A DNA stretch of 64,000 nucleotides, taken from contig CAVQGX010000031.1 of the NCBI GenBank assembly GCA_963712115.1, positions 64,001 through 128,000 on the forward strand. The letters run 5' to 3'. How positions within the stretch are numbered: position 1 is the first letter of the stretch; the number at the start of each line of letters is the position of its first letter. The notes beneath the pieces were generated by a model. The model worked only from the letters and a program-made list of their open reading frames with translations. It had not been told where the DNA came from and did no database searches. Both the position numbers and the translations under genes were made by a program. Origin of the DNA: an uncultured delta proteobacterium. Its GTDB lineage: Bacteria; Desulfobacterota; Syntrophobacteria; BM002. Of this stretch, positions 18,927 to 28,922 are shown in pieces.

Positions 18927-20339
18927 ATGAAAATGTACATCGCCGGTGAGTGGATAGACACTGAGGAGAAGATCGAAGTTCTCAACCCATATAATGGCGA
19001 GGTTGTAGATACCGTGCCTAATGCGGCTCCCCAGGCGGTGGAAAAGGCACTCGCTAGTGCCGCCAGGGGGGCGCAGGTCATGGCGGAACTTCCCGCCTAT
19101 CAGCGCTTCACTATCCTTATGAAAGCAGCAGGTCTGCTCATGGAACGGCAGGAAGAATTTGCCCGTCTCATCTCCCAGGAGTCGGGTAAAGCCCTGTGGG
19201 AATCTAGATTGGAGGTCGTCCGGGCTGCAGAAACCATAGAACTATCTGCTGAGGAGGCAAAAAGAATCCGGGGTGAGACCATCCCCCTCGATGCAGCCTC
19301 AGGAGGAAAGGGAAAATTTGGCTTTACCTTAAGAGTACCATGCGGGGTGGTGGTTGCTATCAGTCCTTTCAATTTTCCCCTCAATCTTCTCTGTCACAAA
19401 GTGGGGCCTGGACTGGCAGCCGGCAATGCGGTGATCGCCAAACCGCCCTCAGACACTCCTCTCTCTGGCCTTCGATTCACCGAATTGCTCCTGCAAGCGG
19501 GGCTGCCTTCAGAAGGTATTCAATGCATTACGGGACCAGGAGGTTCGGTGGGTGAGCAACTTTGCAAGGATTTCCGGGTGCGCAAGATCTCTTTTACCGG
19601 CAGTCCTAACGTAGGTGAAAGAATCTGTCAGGTAGCCGGAATCAAAAAAGTGACCATGGAGTTGGGATCCAATTCTCCCTTGATCATAATGGAGGATGCC
19701 GACCTGGAAGAGGTGGCTAAAGCCACCGCAGCAACCGGCTATGCCCTCGCCGGCCAGGTCTGTATTTCGACCCAGAGAGTGCTGGTCAACCAGAGGGTTT
19801 ATGGGGACTTCCTCGACGCTCTCATACCTGAGGTAGAATCTATTGTCACCGGCAACCCATTGGAAGAGTCAACCCGGATGGGTCCCATGATCCGCGAGAG
19901 TGACGCTATCAGGGTTGAAAGCTGGATCAATGAGGCGGTCAAGGGCGGTGGCAGATTACTCACGGGAGGTGTCCGTCAAGGAAATCTAGTGGCTCCCGCA
20001 GTGGTGGCAGATGTGGATGCCAGGGAGAGAATCTCCTGTGACGAGCTTTTTGGGCCGGCCGTGGCAGTAACTCGTTTCGAGGATATCGATCAAGCCATTG
20101 CTATGGCCAATGACTCCAAGTATGGACTCAGTGCCGGCATCTTCACCCGCAATCTGGACTGGGCCATGAAGTTTGTTCGTGAGGTTCACAGCGGCAATCT
20201 CATGGTCAACTGGGGACCACAGTGGCGGGTTGATCTAATGCCCTATGGGGGACTGAAACAGAGTGGCTTTGGCAAAGAGGGCCCTAAATATGCGGTGGAA
20301 GAAATGACCGAGCTGAAAATGGTAGTTTTTCATCTATAG
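18927..20339 (+). CDS. aldehyde dehydrogenase family protein
   Basis: PFNFP, FTGS, MELG, GQVC, ELFGP motifs. Confidence 0.93.
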   Translation: MKMYIAGEWIDTEEKIEVLNPYNGEVVDTVPNAAPQAVEKALASAARGAQVMAELPAYQRFTILMKAAGLLMERQEEFARLISQESGKALWESRLEVVRAAETIELSAEEAKRIRGETIPLDAASGGKGKFGFTLRVPCGVVVAISPFNFPLNLLCHKVGPGLAAGNAVIAKPPSDTPLSGLRFTELLLQAGLPSEGIQCITGPGGSVGEQLCKDFRVRKISFTGSPNVGERICQVAGIKKVTMELGSNSPLIIMEDADLEEVAKATAATGYALAGQVCISTQRVLVNQRVYGDFLDALIPEVESIVTGNPLEESTRMGPMIRESDAIRVESWINEAVKGGGRLLTGGVRQGNLVAPAVVADVDARERISCDELFGPAVAVTRFEDIDQAIAMANDSKYGLSAGIFTRNLDWAMKFVREVHSGNLMVNWGPQWRVDLMPYGGLKQSGFGKEGPKYAVEEMTELKMVVFHL

Positions 20340-20438
20340 ATAGACTTTTGGAGTAGTGGACTGTTGGAGTATTGGAGTAATGGGGATCTCTTGGTTTTTC
20401 ATTTCCATTACTCCATCACTCCAGTATTCCAGTACTCC

Positions 20439-20477
20439 AGCAGCTGGGCGGGCGCTGCCCACCCAGCTGCTTTCGTT
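20439..20477 (+). terminator. possible intrinsic terminator after the aldehyde dehydrogenase
   Basis: agcagctgggcgggc-gct-gcccacccagctgct hairpin with a short T tract. Confidence 0.45.
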
Positions 20478-20526
20478 CTAGCTCGTCCTTTTGAAAGGGC
20501 AGGAGGCATACAACTTCCAGTAAAGA

Positions 20527-21000
20527 TCAAGACTTAATTTTACTTAGCCAATCTCTAAATAGTTCCAATGTTTCAGTGGCCCTTACCTTAATCTTGATAA
20601 TGACTTCTGTTGCTACGGATTGTTTCGTTAGGATTCCCCTGCCTTTTGTGACTTCAGCGTAAACGTTATTCTTGATCCTGGGCGCCCCTTTGTCCAGCTT
20701 TTTTCCCAACTCTTCCGGGAGACATCTTCTGCCCGTTTTGCAGGAGTACATTGTATAGCTTGGGCAGTAATATTTCCTTTTCTCCCACCTCGGCAACTGA
20801 GCCAGATGTTCTTTGAACTCAAGTAATAAATATCCATGCTCTTTAGTTTCACTAGCTCCAAGGAATAAAATATCTCCCTCTATGAAGCATTTCCCACCCA
20901 TAACACTACTAAACCCACCGTAAGACTCCCACCATAGTGCACCATTGTGCTTTTCAATAATCTTATATTGACCCAACCTGTAAAATCTGTCTTCTGTCAT
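20527..21000 (-). CDS. hypothetical protein
   Basis: 157-aa ORF, AT-richer than neighbours; no recognised motif. Confidence 0.65.
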   Translation of the reverse strand: MTEDRFYRLGQYKIIEKHNGALWWESYGGFSSVMGGKCFIEGDILFLGASETKEHGYLLLEFKEHLAQLPRWEKRKYYCPSYTMYSCKTGRRCLPEELGKKLDKGAPRIKNNVYAEVTKGRGILTKQSVATEVIIKIKVRATETLELFRDWLSKIKS

Positions 21001-21038
21001 TTACCCAATGCTCGCTAGCTAAATAGTTACAAATCCGG

Positions 21039-21611
21039 TCACCGAGGAATTACAACATTATCATCGTCGTAAATCCCATTCTCAGCGGTGGTGTGACAAG
21101 CTATACAGTTTGACATGGATCCTACAGATTTCCTCGTGAAGGCATCGGCTGGAATATCATCATCCTCATGCTTGTGCCGGATATAAGGAACATCTGTAAT
21201 TCTCATCGGAGTTTTTCCACCTAGATTCTGCATGATTTTTACTGCTAGTTTCGCCGAGGAATATTCTGCACTGTTCGCTTTAAGATACTCGGCAATGATC
21301 TTTTTGGACTCTTGATCAAGGTCGATCTCCTCTCCGTGATGGTCCGAGAGCCCAGCAATAATTTTTTCCCAAGAACCTGAAGGCAACAGCTCGGGCTGGT
21401 AGGCAAAATGGCAATCTCCACAAATCTCTTTGTACGTTGGATTATCTACCGGCTTTAGATGGCGCTTGCCATCATGTTCAGAGCTATTTCCATGCCGTTT
21501 TTGATATCGTTTCCTTTCTTTGTGTTCATTATGGTCAGCCAAGGCGGCATAGAATACTCCGTTCGCCATCAATAAAAGTGCCACAAGAATAATACCTTTT
21601 TTTGTGCTCAT
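21039..21611 (-). CDS. periplasmic diheme cytochrome c (DHC family)
   Basis: Signal peptide; CGDCH and CIACH; AYQPELLP..SW, LSDHHG. Confidence 0.9.
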   Translation of the reverse strand: MSTKKGIILVALLLMANGVFYAALADHNEHKERKRYQKRHGNSSEHDGKRHLKPVDNPTYKEICGDCHFAYQPELLPSGSWEKIIAGLSDHHGEEIDLDQESKKIIAEYLKANSAEYSSAKLAVKIMQNLGGKTPMRITDVPYIRHKHEDDDIPADAFTRKSVGSMSNCIACHTTAENGIYDDDNVVIPR

Positions 21612-21762
21612 CTAATTCTCCCTTTAAGACCAAGTTTTAGGACTGACACTTGATCCAAATCCTAGCCACCTGCTGACTTCCCATGCTTTATCTGAATGAG
21701 GTCGGCCCTTAATTAAGGATAAGCTTTTGTCTTTAGAAGAGTCGGGGATAGCTATGAACGGA

Positions 21763-22170
21763 TTAACAGAGTAGGGAGAGGTTTTGCAGATAAATCGGAG
21801 AAGATGGTAGTGTTCTACAGGCATGAAAAACACCAAAATCCTTGAGGATATGGATAGTGGCAGGATAATCAACCAACACAAATATGATGTGTGTCGTATC
21901 AAAGATTTTTACACCACCAGTCGGTGTGGAAGTATTGGCCGCTTTGAGAGTTTGTCCTTTTTCGATATTGCAGCTTTTGCAATTAGTCCCACAACAACGC
22001 GTATGAAATGAAGAATTTACTCCTGCCCCTAACTTGCTTTGCAGGCTGTGCAGGCAGGCTTGGCCGCACAAGCAAGCCTCGCCCATCACACCGTTTGTGC
22101 AAATACCCATAAGCAGAAACAGGACAATTATATAGGACGCTTTTCGATGTCCCATAAGGGTCTTCCCCAC
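21763..22170 (-). CDS. Cys-rich small exported hypothetical protein
   Basis: Hydrophobic N-terminus; CLCGQAC, CCGTNCKSC; ends PIYLQNLSLLC. Confidence 0.55.
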   Translation of the reverse strand: MGKTLMGHRKASYIIVLFLLMGICTNGVMGEACLCGQACLHSLQSKLGAGVNSSFHTRCCGTNCKSCNIEKGQTLKAANTSTPTGGVKIFDTTHIIFVLVDYPATIHILKDFGVFHACRTLPSSPIYLQNLSLLC

Positions 22171-22381
22171 GGATTGGTTATTCTTGCTTTTTATGTCAAC
22201 TGCAATTATACATTAATCGGCTCAGGGTCATCAATGACATTCCTCCCAACTCTCTCAATCAATTGAAGCCTCCTTCACGTATTGATATCAAGGTGTTATG
22301 GAAATCAACAAATATCAATAAGCAAAGCGGTTTCGATGACTGTAAGAGTCCAGAGCAAACCTGATCCTTTTACAGCTCGTC

Positions 22382-23503
22382 TTATTTACTTGTATCCTGC
22401 TTTCTCCCCGTTTTCAGCTTCAGCCGGAGGATCTCGCTGGGACGCCAGAGGCGCATGCGCGGTCCCCAAGTGCCCGTACCGCGGCAGACAATTACCGTCA
22501 TGCCGTCTACCTCATACCGCCCTCCAAGGAGCGGGTAAACGCGTTTGACCAAATAGCCGAAAGGCCAAATTTGCCCTCCGTGGGTGTGGCCAGAAAGCAT
22601 CAGGCCTGCACCGGCTTTCGCTGCTTTGCCCGCCTGCCAAGGTGTGTGGGAGAGAAGGATGGTTGCACCCGGAGGTCGACCCGCAAGTGCCTTCGAAATA
22701 GGATCGGTGCTCTGACCAGAGCGGCGGCTGGCTGTAAGATCGTCTACGCCAGCCATGATCAGACCGGGTCGAACCTCGGCCCAGCAGTTGCGCAGCAACT
22801 TGAAGCCGGCCTCCTCGATCAGAAAAGTACTCGTGTTGTGAGGACGGTGGAACTCGTGGTTGCCAGGGACGACCCAGACACCGAGAGGTACAGAAAGACG
22901 GCGCAACACCGAAAGCAGTTCGCCCTGGGGCTCGCCGTGCCCTTCAAAGAGATCTCCGAGTAGGACCACGAGATCAGGCTGCTGCGCCTGCACCTGGGCG
23001 ACACGTGCTTCTAGCCACCGCTTGCCAAGCGACGAGCCAAGGTGCAGGTCGGACATGGCTACGAGCACCGTGCCATCCAGCTCATCGGCAAGACCGGACA
23101 AATACACCTCATAGTTTTTCACCACCGGTGGCCGCAGTCCCTGGACAAGTGCGACCACCGAAAGCGCCAAACCGGCAAGCAACGCTATGCCTCGTAATGA
23201 AGGCGCCAGCCTGGGCACGAGAAAGCCGAACCCAGTGACCAAGTCCATGACAAGGAGGGAGACGAAGAGAAGGAATAGCACGGCCATCCAGTTCATGCCG
23301 AGCAACTCCAGAGTCTTGGCGAGGGGGCTTGTGCCTTGGTGACCGTAGACGCGGCCCAAGAAAAAGGTTGCCCAGAGAACCAGGCCTGCACCGATGAGAA
23401 GCTTTCTGGGAACGTACCGTTTAAGAACGGGCACCGAGGCGGCGCGCCAGAAGACGTAAATGTGCATCAATGTGATGGCGGAAATAAGAATGAATCCGAA
23501 CAC
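22382..23503 (-). CDS. membrane-anchored metallophosphoesterase (YkuE-like)
   Basis: N-terminal TMs; SDLHLG, GDL, GNHE, LSH, SGHTHGGQ. Confidence 0.92.
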   Translation of the reverse strand: MFGFILISAITLMHIYVFWRAASVPVLKRYVPRKLLIGAGLVLWATFFLGRVYGHQGTSPLAKTLELLGMNWMAVLFLLFVSLLVMDLVTGFGFLVPRLAPSLRGIALLAGLALSVVALVQGLRPPVVKNYEVYLSGLADELDGTVLVAMSDLHLGSSLGKRWLEARVAQVQAQQPDLVVLLGDLFEGHGEPQGELLSVLRRLSVPLGVWVVPGNHEFHRPHNTSTFLIEEAGFKLLRNCWAEVRPGLIMAGVDDLTASRRSGQSTDPISKALAGRPPGATILLSHTPWQAGKAAKAGAGLMLSGHTHGGQIWPFGYLVKRVYPLLGGRYEVDGMTVIVCRGTGTWGPRMRLWRPSEILRLKLKTGRKQDTSK

Positions 23504-23646
23504 AGGCCCTCCACGTTTGACATCAAGATCTCATGAATCTGGATATCCTGTCTGCGTCGCCTAGTTCTAAAAATAAAGGTTTATTGCCAAGATGCCAAAT
23601 CTTGCGAAAGTTGAGATATGCTATGACTATGTCAAATATTACAGTA

Positions 23647-24615
23647 TCAATAAAAATATTGGAGGACATATCGTAAGGCCAAGAAGGTTATCAACAGTCC
23701 TAAGATGCACCGAATGACCTTACCTGGCACAAATTTCTGTGCTCTGGCCCCGCAGTACATACCTGCAAAACCGCCGATTCCGAGGAGAATCCCCAGTTTC
23801 CAATCGGGGGCAATGGCCAGGCCGGTGTGAGCGTATATCGGGGCGATGACAGTGTAGATGCCCACGCCAACAATGGAAGTTAGAAAAGTACCCATAAGGG
23901 CGGAACCAGCTATGGTGTAAACCGGTAGCGAGTAGAAGGTAATGAGAAAGGGCGCTATTATAGCTCCGCCGCCGATGCCGTAGGTTCCGCCCACGATACC
24001 AACGATGAAGGTGAGAAGTAGGAGGACCCAAGTGTTGAAAGCATAGGTCTCTCCGTAGAACTCGTATTCAATTCTACGGATGGAGGCAGACACGGTCTTG
24101 ACTACTGCATCAACAGGCAGCCCAGAGGCGACTTTGGCCTTCTGCTCCTGGCGCATTTGGGCCACCCGCTGTTTAAACTTCTCCTCCATGGCCTTAATCT
24201 TTTCTTTGCCCACCCCCTTTTTTTGAACCAACTCATAGAGCATGCGGACGCCGATATAGAGCAATACACAGCCGACGAAGAGCTTGAAGGCCCTGGGATG
24301 CGGCAGGTAGTTGATCCGGATAATTGCTCCAATAAGCACACCCGGCAAGGTGCCGACAATTATTACCCAGGTGAGGGGCCAGGCCATACGCCCTTCTCTG
24401 ATATAGCGATAGACACCGCTCGGGATAGCCACAATATTGAAGATGAGATTGGTGGGACTGACTGCGGGGCTGATAAAGCCGAGTACACTTACCTGGAAGG
24501 GCAGAAGAAGAAAGGCACCTGAGACACCTCCCATAGAGGTAAAAAAGGATACGACGAAAGCAAAGACCAACGGAAGCGCAGGCTGGACCTCGATCCCCGA
24601 CACTGGGAAATACAT
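23647..24615 (-). CDS. TauE/SafE (TSUP) family exporter
   Basis: Two repeats SMGGVSGAFLLLP / GTYGIGGGAIIAP; multi-TM; AGAGGAG RBS. Confidence 0.9.
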   Translation of the reverse strand: MYFPVSGIEVQPALPLVFAFVVSFFTSMGGVSGAFLLLPFQVSVLGFISPAVSPTNLIFNIVAIPSGVYRYIREGRMAWPLTWVIIVGTLPGVLIGAIIRINYLPHPRAFKLFVGCVLLYIGVRMLYELVQKKGVGKEKIKAMEEKFKQRVAQMRQEQKAKVASGLPVDAVVKTVSASIRRIEYEFYGETYAFNTWVLLLLTFIVGIVGGTYGIGGGAIIAPFLITFYSLPVYTIAGSALMGTFLTSIVGVGIYTVIAPIYAHTGLAIAPDWKLGILLGIGGFAGMYCGARAQKFVPGKVIRCILGLLITFLALRYVLQYFY

Positions 24616-24651
24616 TGGGCAGACTCCTCTGCAGACAGGGCTATTTGATCA

Positions 24652-24852
24652 TCAAAAGCGATCCTTCTGAGTCGGGCCGTAACTGGCCTCGAAAACCGGC
24701 ACTCAATGAGGTTGCAGAGCCTTTTTCACCTGCTTGGCCACTTTTTCCCGGATAAAAGCTAGGGCCTTTTCCGGGTCCCCGTCCAGGTCGATCGCCAGTA
24801 TTTCCTGGACATCATGAACGCTCAGCTCAAGTAATACTTTCTTCAGATTCAT
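24652..24852 (-). CDS. candidate 66-aa selenoprotein (in-frame UGA at codon 50), absent from the ORF track
   Basis: MNLKKVLLELSVHDVQEILAIDLDGDPEKALAFIREKVAKQVKKALQPH-UGA-VPVFEASYGPTQKDRF-UGA-UGA; GGGGAA RBS; fills the gap between two operon genes. Confidence 0.72.
24668..24705 (-). promoter_or_regulatory. bacterial SECIS-like hairpin
   Basis: UGAG...UCG-A-GGCC-AGUUAC-GGCC-CGA-CUCA; apical loop starts 18 nt after the UGA, with G at loop position 2. Confidence 0.65.
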
Positions 24853-24869
24853 TTAGATTCCCCAATGTA

Positions 24870-25376
24870 CTAATCCTTCACGGCCTCCTTGAGCCACTGG
24901 AGAACCTGTCTCTCCTGAGGCAGTCTGCCGGAGGACTTGATTTCACCGTTGATTACCAGCGCAGGTGTAGGGACCAGTCCATAGTTGGCGATCTCCGCCA
25001 GGTCTCTCACGTGTTCCACGTCGCCGGCTATGTTGGAGTCCGCCATCACCCTGAAGATCATTTGCTCCAGCTTCTCGCAGTTGGGGCAGCCGGGACCGAG
25101 GATCTTCACCTCGAGCCCCTGGGGTTTTTCCATCTCAAAAGGTTCACCCTTGAATTTCTTGTATTCCCGCAGAAAGGCCCGGGCATGATCCGCTTCCGAT
25201 TTTGGCGGCACATAATTCTTTTTCTTGAGTACTTGCAGTAGGTGGTCGGCTATCTCCTCATCCGAGGAGAACTCCTTTTGGGCGGCCTCCTCCACTGCCT
25301 CTTTCAAGCCGACAATGCCCACTGTGAACTTGCCTATCTTGATCTTAGTTAAATCATCTGTTGGACTCACTCTCAC
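24870..25376 (-). CDS. thioredoxin-like protein (MTH895-type) with N-terminal extension
   Basis: C-terminal VKILGPGCPNC...TPALVING domain. Confidence 0.88.
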   Translation of the reverse strand: MRVSPTDDLTKIKIGKFTVGIVGLKEAVEEAAQKEFSSDEEIADHLLQVLKKKNYVPPKSEADHARAFLREYKKFKGEPFEMEKPQGLEVKILGPGCPNCEKLEQMIFRVMADSNIAGDVEHVRDLAEIANYGLVPTPALVINGEIKSSGRLPQERQVLQWLKEAVKD

Positions 25377-25542
25377 ATCCTCTTAGAAATAGCTTTCGAC
25401 GGTTTAGCCAGTTTATTCAGTGAAGCCGGTTAGCCAGTCGAGTCGCCGCAGGGCAGCCAAGCAATTAGCCGACTTATGGTTTTGCCCAAGCAGGGACCGG
25501 TCTGACCGGCTAAATCGGTTTATTTTTGAGCAACTAAGAAAA

Positions 25543-25776
25543 TTACTTGCTGAGGATCTTCTTAATCTCATCTTTGCTGGCCACCTTGCCGACGATCTTT
25601 ACTTCTCCATCGACAACCAGGCCTGGAGTCATGAAGACGCCGTAATTTGCGATCTCATTTATATCGGTCACCTTTCCGACCTGGGCGTCGAGGCCAAGTT
25701 CGGCAACTGCATCTTTTGTGTTCTTCTCGAGTGTCTGACATTTTGGACAGCCGGGACCGAGTACTTTGATTTCCAT
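25543..25776 (-). CDS. small redox-active disulfide protein (MTH895/TM0996-type thioredoxin)
   Basis: MEIKVLGPGCPKC...MTPGLVVDG; GGAGG RBS. Confidence 0.92.
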   Translation of the reverse strand: MEIKVLGPGCPKCQTLEKNTKDAVAELGLDAQVGKVTDINEIANYGVFMTPGLVVDGEVKIVGKVASKDEIKKILSK

Positions 25777-27224
25777 TTTACTGTACCTCCTTGTAATTCG
25801 CATGGCGCAAAGCACATAGCGTCAGAGTTGAGACTATTTATGCGAAAAAGACTGCCGAAGATCAGCCCGCTTATTGTTGCCATTATGACTACTAAGGAGA
25901 CGAAAACAGCCGTCTTCTTAGTTCCCATCACACTTCGGATTACCAGCATGTTTGGCAGGCTCAGAGCCGGGCCGGCAAGGAGCAGAGCCAGGGCAGGGCC
26001 TTTGCCCATGCCGGCGCCCAAAAGCCCCTGGAGAATAGGCACCTCTGTAAGGGTGGCGAAGTACATGAAGGCACCGACCACCGAGGCAAACAGGTTAGCT
26101 CCAACCGAATTGCCGCCGACCAGACCGCTCACCCAGCGTGAGGGAATAAGCCCCTCAGAGCCGGGGCGACCCAAGAGGAGACCTGCCACCAGCACACCGG
26201 CAAAAAGAAGGGGCATAATCTGTTTGGTGAAGTCCCAGGTTGAGAGAAACCAGCTCTCGGTTTCCCCACGGGTGCTGGTGGTGATAACCGTTATGCCTAT
26301 GATCCCGGCGGAAAAAGCCACAAGGGGCTCGTGGGGGAAGAGAATTGCCAGCGCCAGGACAACAGCCCCGGCAATAGCCACCTTGTAAGCTCTCACTCGG
26401 AACCAGGCCACCAGAAGAATACCCAGCAGCACTGCAAAGCCACCGGTCAAATACCACTTGACGCTGTAGATGGCGTTCCACACTCCCACGGGTTCAGCAG
26501 GTTTCCCCCAGGTGGCAGAAACAAGAATCCCCACCATGGAGGCAAAGTAGATGACGTTTTGCCATAGAGGCCGCTCCACCTCCGGTTCTGGCAGCATCAT
26601 AGCAGCTTCGGCCTTGGCTTGTTCTTCCTTTCTGAATATTAGATACATCAGGAGGCCGATGACGATGCTGAAGATCACCGCACCCACGGCTCGGCCTATG
26701 CCCATAGCAAGTCCCAGCACTCTAGCGGTAAGCACTATGGCCAGGATGTTGATAGCTGGGCCAGAGTAGAGAAAAGCTACCGCCGGACCAAGGCCGGCTC
26801 CCCGCCTCCAGATACCGGCAAAAAGGGGCAAAATGGTGCAGGAGCACACTGCCAGAACGGTGCCAGAGACCGAGGCCACGCCATAGGCCAAGACCTTTTT
26901 CGCACCGGCTCCTAGATATTTCATCACCGCCGCCTGGGACACAAAGCAGGCAATTGCCCCTGCGATGAAAAAGGCGGGAACCAGGCAGAGAATCACATGT
27001 TCCTGGGCGTACCACTTGGCCAGGGCCAGGGACTCTATCACCGCTCCCGCGAACCGGTTGTTGTCAATGGGTAAATAGAAAAAGACCATAAAGAGGCCCA
27101 CGATCAGGCTCATGGGCTTCCACAGGGTTTTCCAGTCAATAATGCTCGGCTGAGACTCTTCTTCCTCCACTACAGCGGATCCCTCAGCAGCAACCTTTCC
27201 TTCCATAACAGTTATTTTTCCCAT
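25668..27224 (-). CDS. ArsP/DUF318 permease (C-terminus apparently runs on past the natural stop near 25838)
   Basis: LAVCSCTILPLF, FLYSGPAIN, YFATLTEVP, AGPALSLP motifs. Confidence 0.88.
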   Translation of the reverse strand: MGKITVMEGKVAAEGSAVVEEEESQPSIIDWKTLWKPMSLIVGLFMVFFYLPIDNNRFAGAVIESLALAKWYAQEHVILCLVPAFFIAGAIACFVSQAAVMKYLGAGAKKVLAYGVASVSGTVLAVCSCTILPLFAGIWRRGAGLGPAVAFLYSGPAINILAIVLTARVLGLAMGIGRAVGAVIFSIVIGLLMYLIFRKEEQAKAEAAMMLPEPEVERPLWQNVIYFASMVGILVSATWGKPAEPVGVWNAIYSVKWYLTGGFAVLLGILLVAWFRVRAYKVAIAGAVVLALAILFPHEPLVAFSAGIIGITVITTSTRGETESWFLSTWDFTKQIMPLLFAGVLVAGLLLGRPGSEGLIPSRWVSGLVGGNSVGANLFASVVGAFMYFATLTEVPILQGLLGAGMGKGPALALLLAGPALSLPNMLVIRSVMGTKKTAVFVSLVVIMATISGLIFGSLFRINSLNSDAMCFAPCELQGGTVKWKSKYSVPAVQNVRHSRRTQKMQLPNLASTPRSER

Positions 27225-27255
27225 TGTCCTCATTCCTTTGGTTGGCTGCTCGGCA

Positions 27256-28458
27256 TCATGCAGCCCTCGAAAACCAGCTCTTGCTTCCAAGACATATTTT
27301 TACAAGCATGAGCATCACAGGAACTTCAATGAGCACGCCGACTACAGTGGCCAGGGCTGCCCCGGAGGAGAGACCGAAAAGCATGGTGGCGGTGGCTATG
27401 GCCACCTCAAAGTGGTTGGACGCTCCGATCATGGCTGAAGGAGCTGCGTCCTCGTAGCTAAGCTTTAACACTTTGGACAGCCCGTATCCCAGCAAGAAGA
27501 TTAAATTGGTCTGGATGAAAAGTGGGATGGCAATCCAGAGAATGGTGAGTGGATTGGAGATAATCACATCTCCCTTAAAGGAGAAGAGCAGTACCAAGGT
27601 AATGAGGAGCGCCGAAATCGTTATAGGGGTCAAGACGTGAAGAAACTTTTCTTTGAACCATTGCTCCCCTCGAGCGCGGATTATAAGTTTACGTGAGATG
27701 TACCCTGCCACCAGGGGAAGGGCAACATATATACCAATGGATAGAACCAGCGCTTGCCAGGGTATGGGCAGCCGGCCTACGCCCAGCAAGAATCCTCCCA
27801 ACGGTCCATAGAGAAAGAGCATGGTGAGAGAGTTTATGGCCACCATGACCAGGGTGTGGCCGTCATTTCCCCGGGCCAGAAAGCCCCACACCAGCACCAT
27901 GGCAGTACACGGGGCAATCCCCAGCAGAATGCATCCGGCCAGATAACTGCGCCACAGAGGAACTACCAGCATCTTGACGCCTTCTACCATGACCACGGTC
28001 CCGGCCCCGTGAGTTGCCCCCACGGGAAGATTCAGCCCCAGAGGTATCTTCACATAGTCTATGGCCTCAGGTCCTATGAAACCATAAAAGAGCGTGCCGA
28101 GGAAAAAGATAGAGATGGCATACATGGTGAAGGGCTTGATAGCCCAGTTAACAAACAAGGTAAGAGCCACTGGTTTGAAGTTTTTTCCCGCCCTGACCAC
28201 CTCACCGAAATCAATCTTTACCATGATGGGATACATCATAAAAAAGAGGCAAATCGCAATGGGAATGGAGACCACCGGCGCTTCGCCGACATAGATGGCA
28301 AGGCTATCAAGATATTTGGCGAATCCTGGGGCCACTTTTCCAAGGACAATTCCTCCGACAATACAGAGTATCACCCAAACTGAAAGGTATTGCTCAAAAA
28401 GACTCAGTCCTTTGCGAGGTTGTTCGAGGACAATTTTTTCAGTTATAACTTCACCCAT
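27256..28458 (-). CDS. acr3: Acr3-family arsenite efflux transporter
   Basis: [42 protein letters not shown]. Confidence 0.95.
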   Translation of the reverse strand: MGEVITEKIVLEQPRKGLSLFEQYLSVWVILCIVGGIVLGKVAPGFAKYLDSLAIYVGEAPVVSIPIAICLFFMMYPIMVKIDFGEVVRAGKNFKPVALTLFVNWAIKPFTMYAISIFFLGTLFYGFIGPEAIDYVKIPLGLNLPVGATHGAGTVVMVEGVKMLVVPLWRSYLAGCILLGIAPCTAMVLVWGFLARGNDGHTLVMVAINSLTMLFLYGPLGGFLLGVGRLPIPWQALVLSIGIYVALPLVAGYISRKLIIRARGEQWFKEKFLHVLTPITISALLITLVLLFSFKGDVIISNPLTILWIAIPLFIQTNLIFLLGYGLSKVLKLSYEDAAPSAMIGASNHFEVAIATATMLFGLSSGAALATVVGVLIEVPVMLMLVKICLGSKSWFSRAA

Positions 28459-28577
28459 ACAGATTCCCTCCGTTTTCGTTGGGGATACACATTTTTAACA
28501 GCTGATCGTCGAGCGCTTTGATCTCAGCCATAAATAGTTATACTAGCATGTAGCAATATATTATTATTTTAAAAAAA

Positions 28578-28922
28578 TTATCTCTTGCAAACCTCCTCGC
28601 GATGAATAGTAGGAAGCTCTTCTAAGAGGGACTTAATCTCCGGATCATCCCGCAGCCAGTGGATGAGATTTCCCAGCATATTTCCTGCGTAAGGACTGCT
28701 CTCTCCATCTGCAAGACGGTAATTTACCCATAAGCCATCTTTTTTGTAGCTCACTAGTCCGGCATTCTCCAGTACCTTCAGGTGCCTTGAGACAGTCGGT
28801 TGAGCCACCTTCAGAGCCGCTTTGAGCTCACAAACACATAACTCTCGGTGCTGGAGCATCTTGAGAATTTTCACCCGATTGGGGTCTGAGAGGGCCTTCA
28901 TCACCCTGACAAGCTCCTTCAT
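28578..28922 (-). CDS. arsR: ArsR/SmtB metalloregulator
   Basis: KALSDPNR, ELCVCEL, QPTVSRHL; heads the acr3 operon. Confidence 0.93.
   Translation of the reverse strand: MKELVRVMKALSDPNRVKILKMLQHRELCVCELKAALKVAQPTVSRHLKVLENAGLVSYKKDGLWVNYRLADGESSPYAGNMLGNLIHWLRDDPEIKSLLEELPTIHREEVCKR

Noticed and set aside
25420-26388. 322-aa plus-strand ORF and other long antisense ORFs (for example 5509-6258, 27754-28383, 35190-35828)
   Set aside because: Shadow frames of well-supported genes on the opposite strand, with no motifs.
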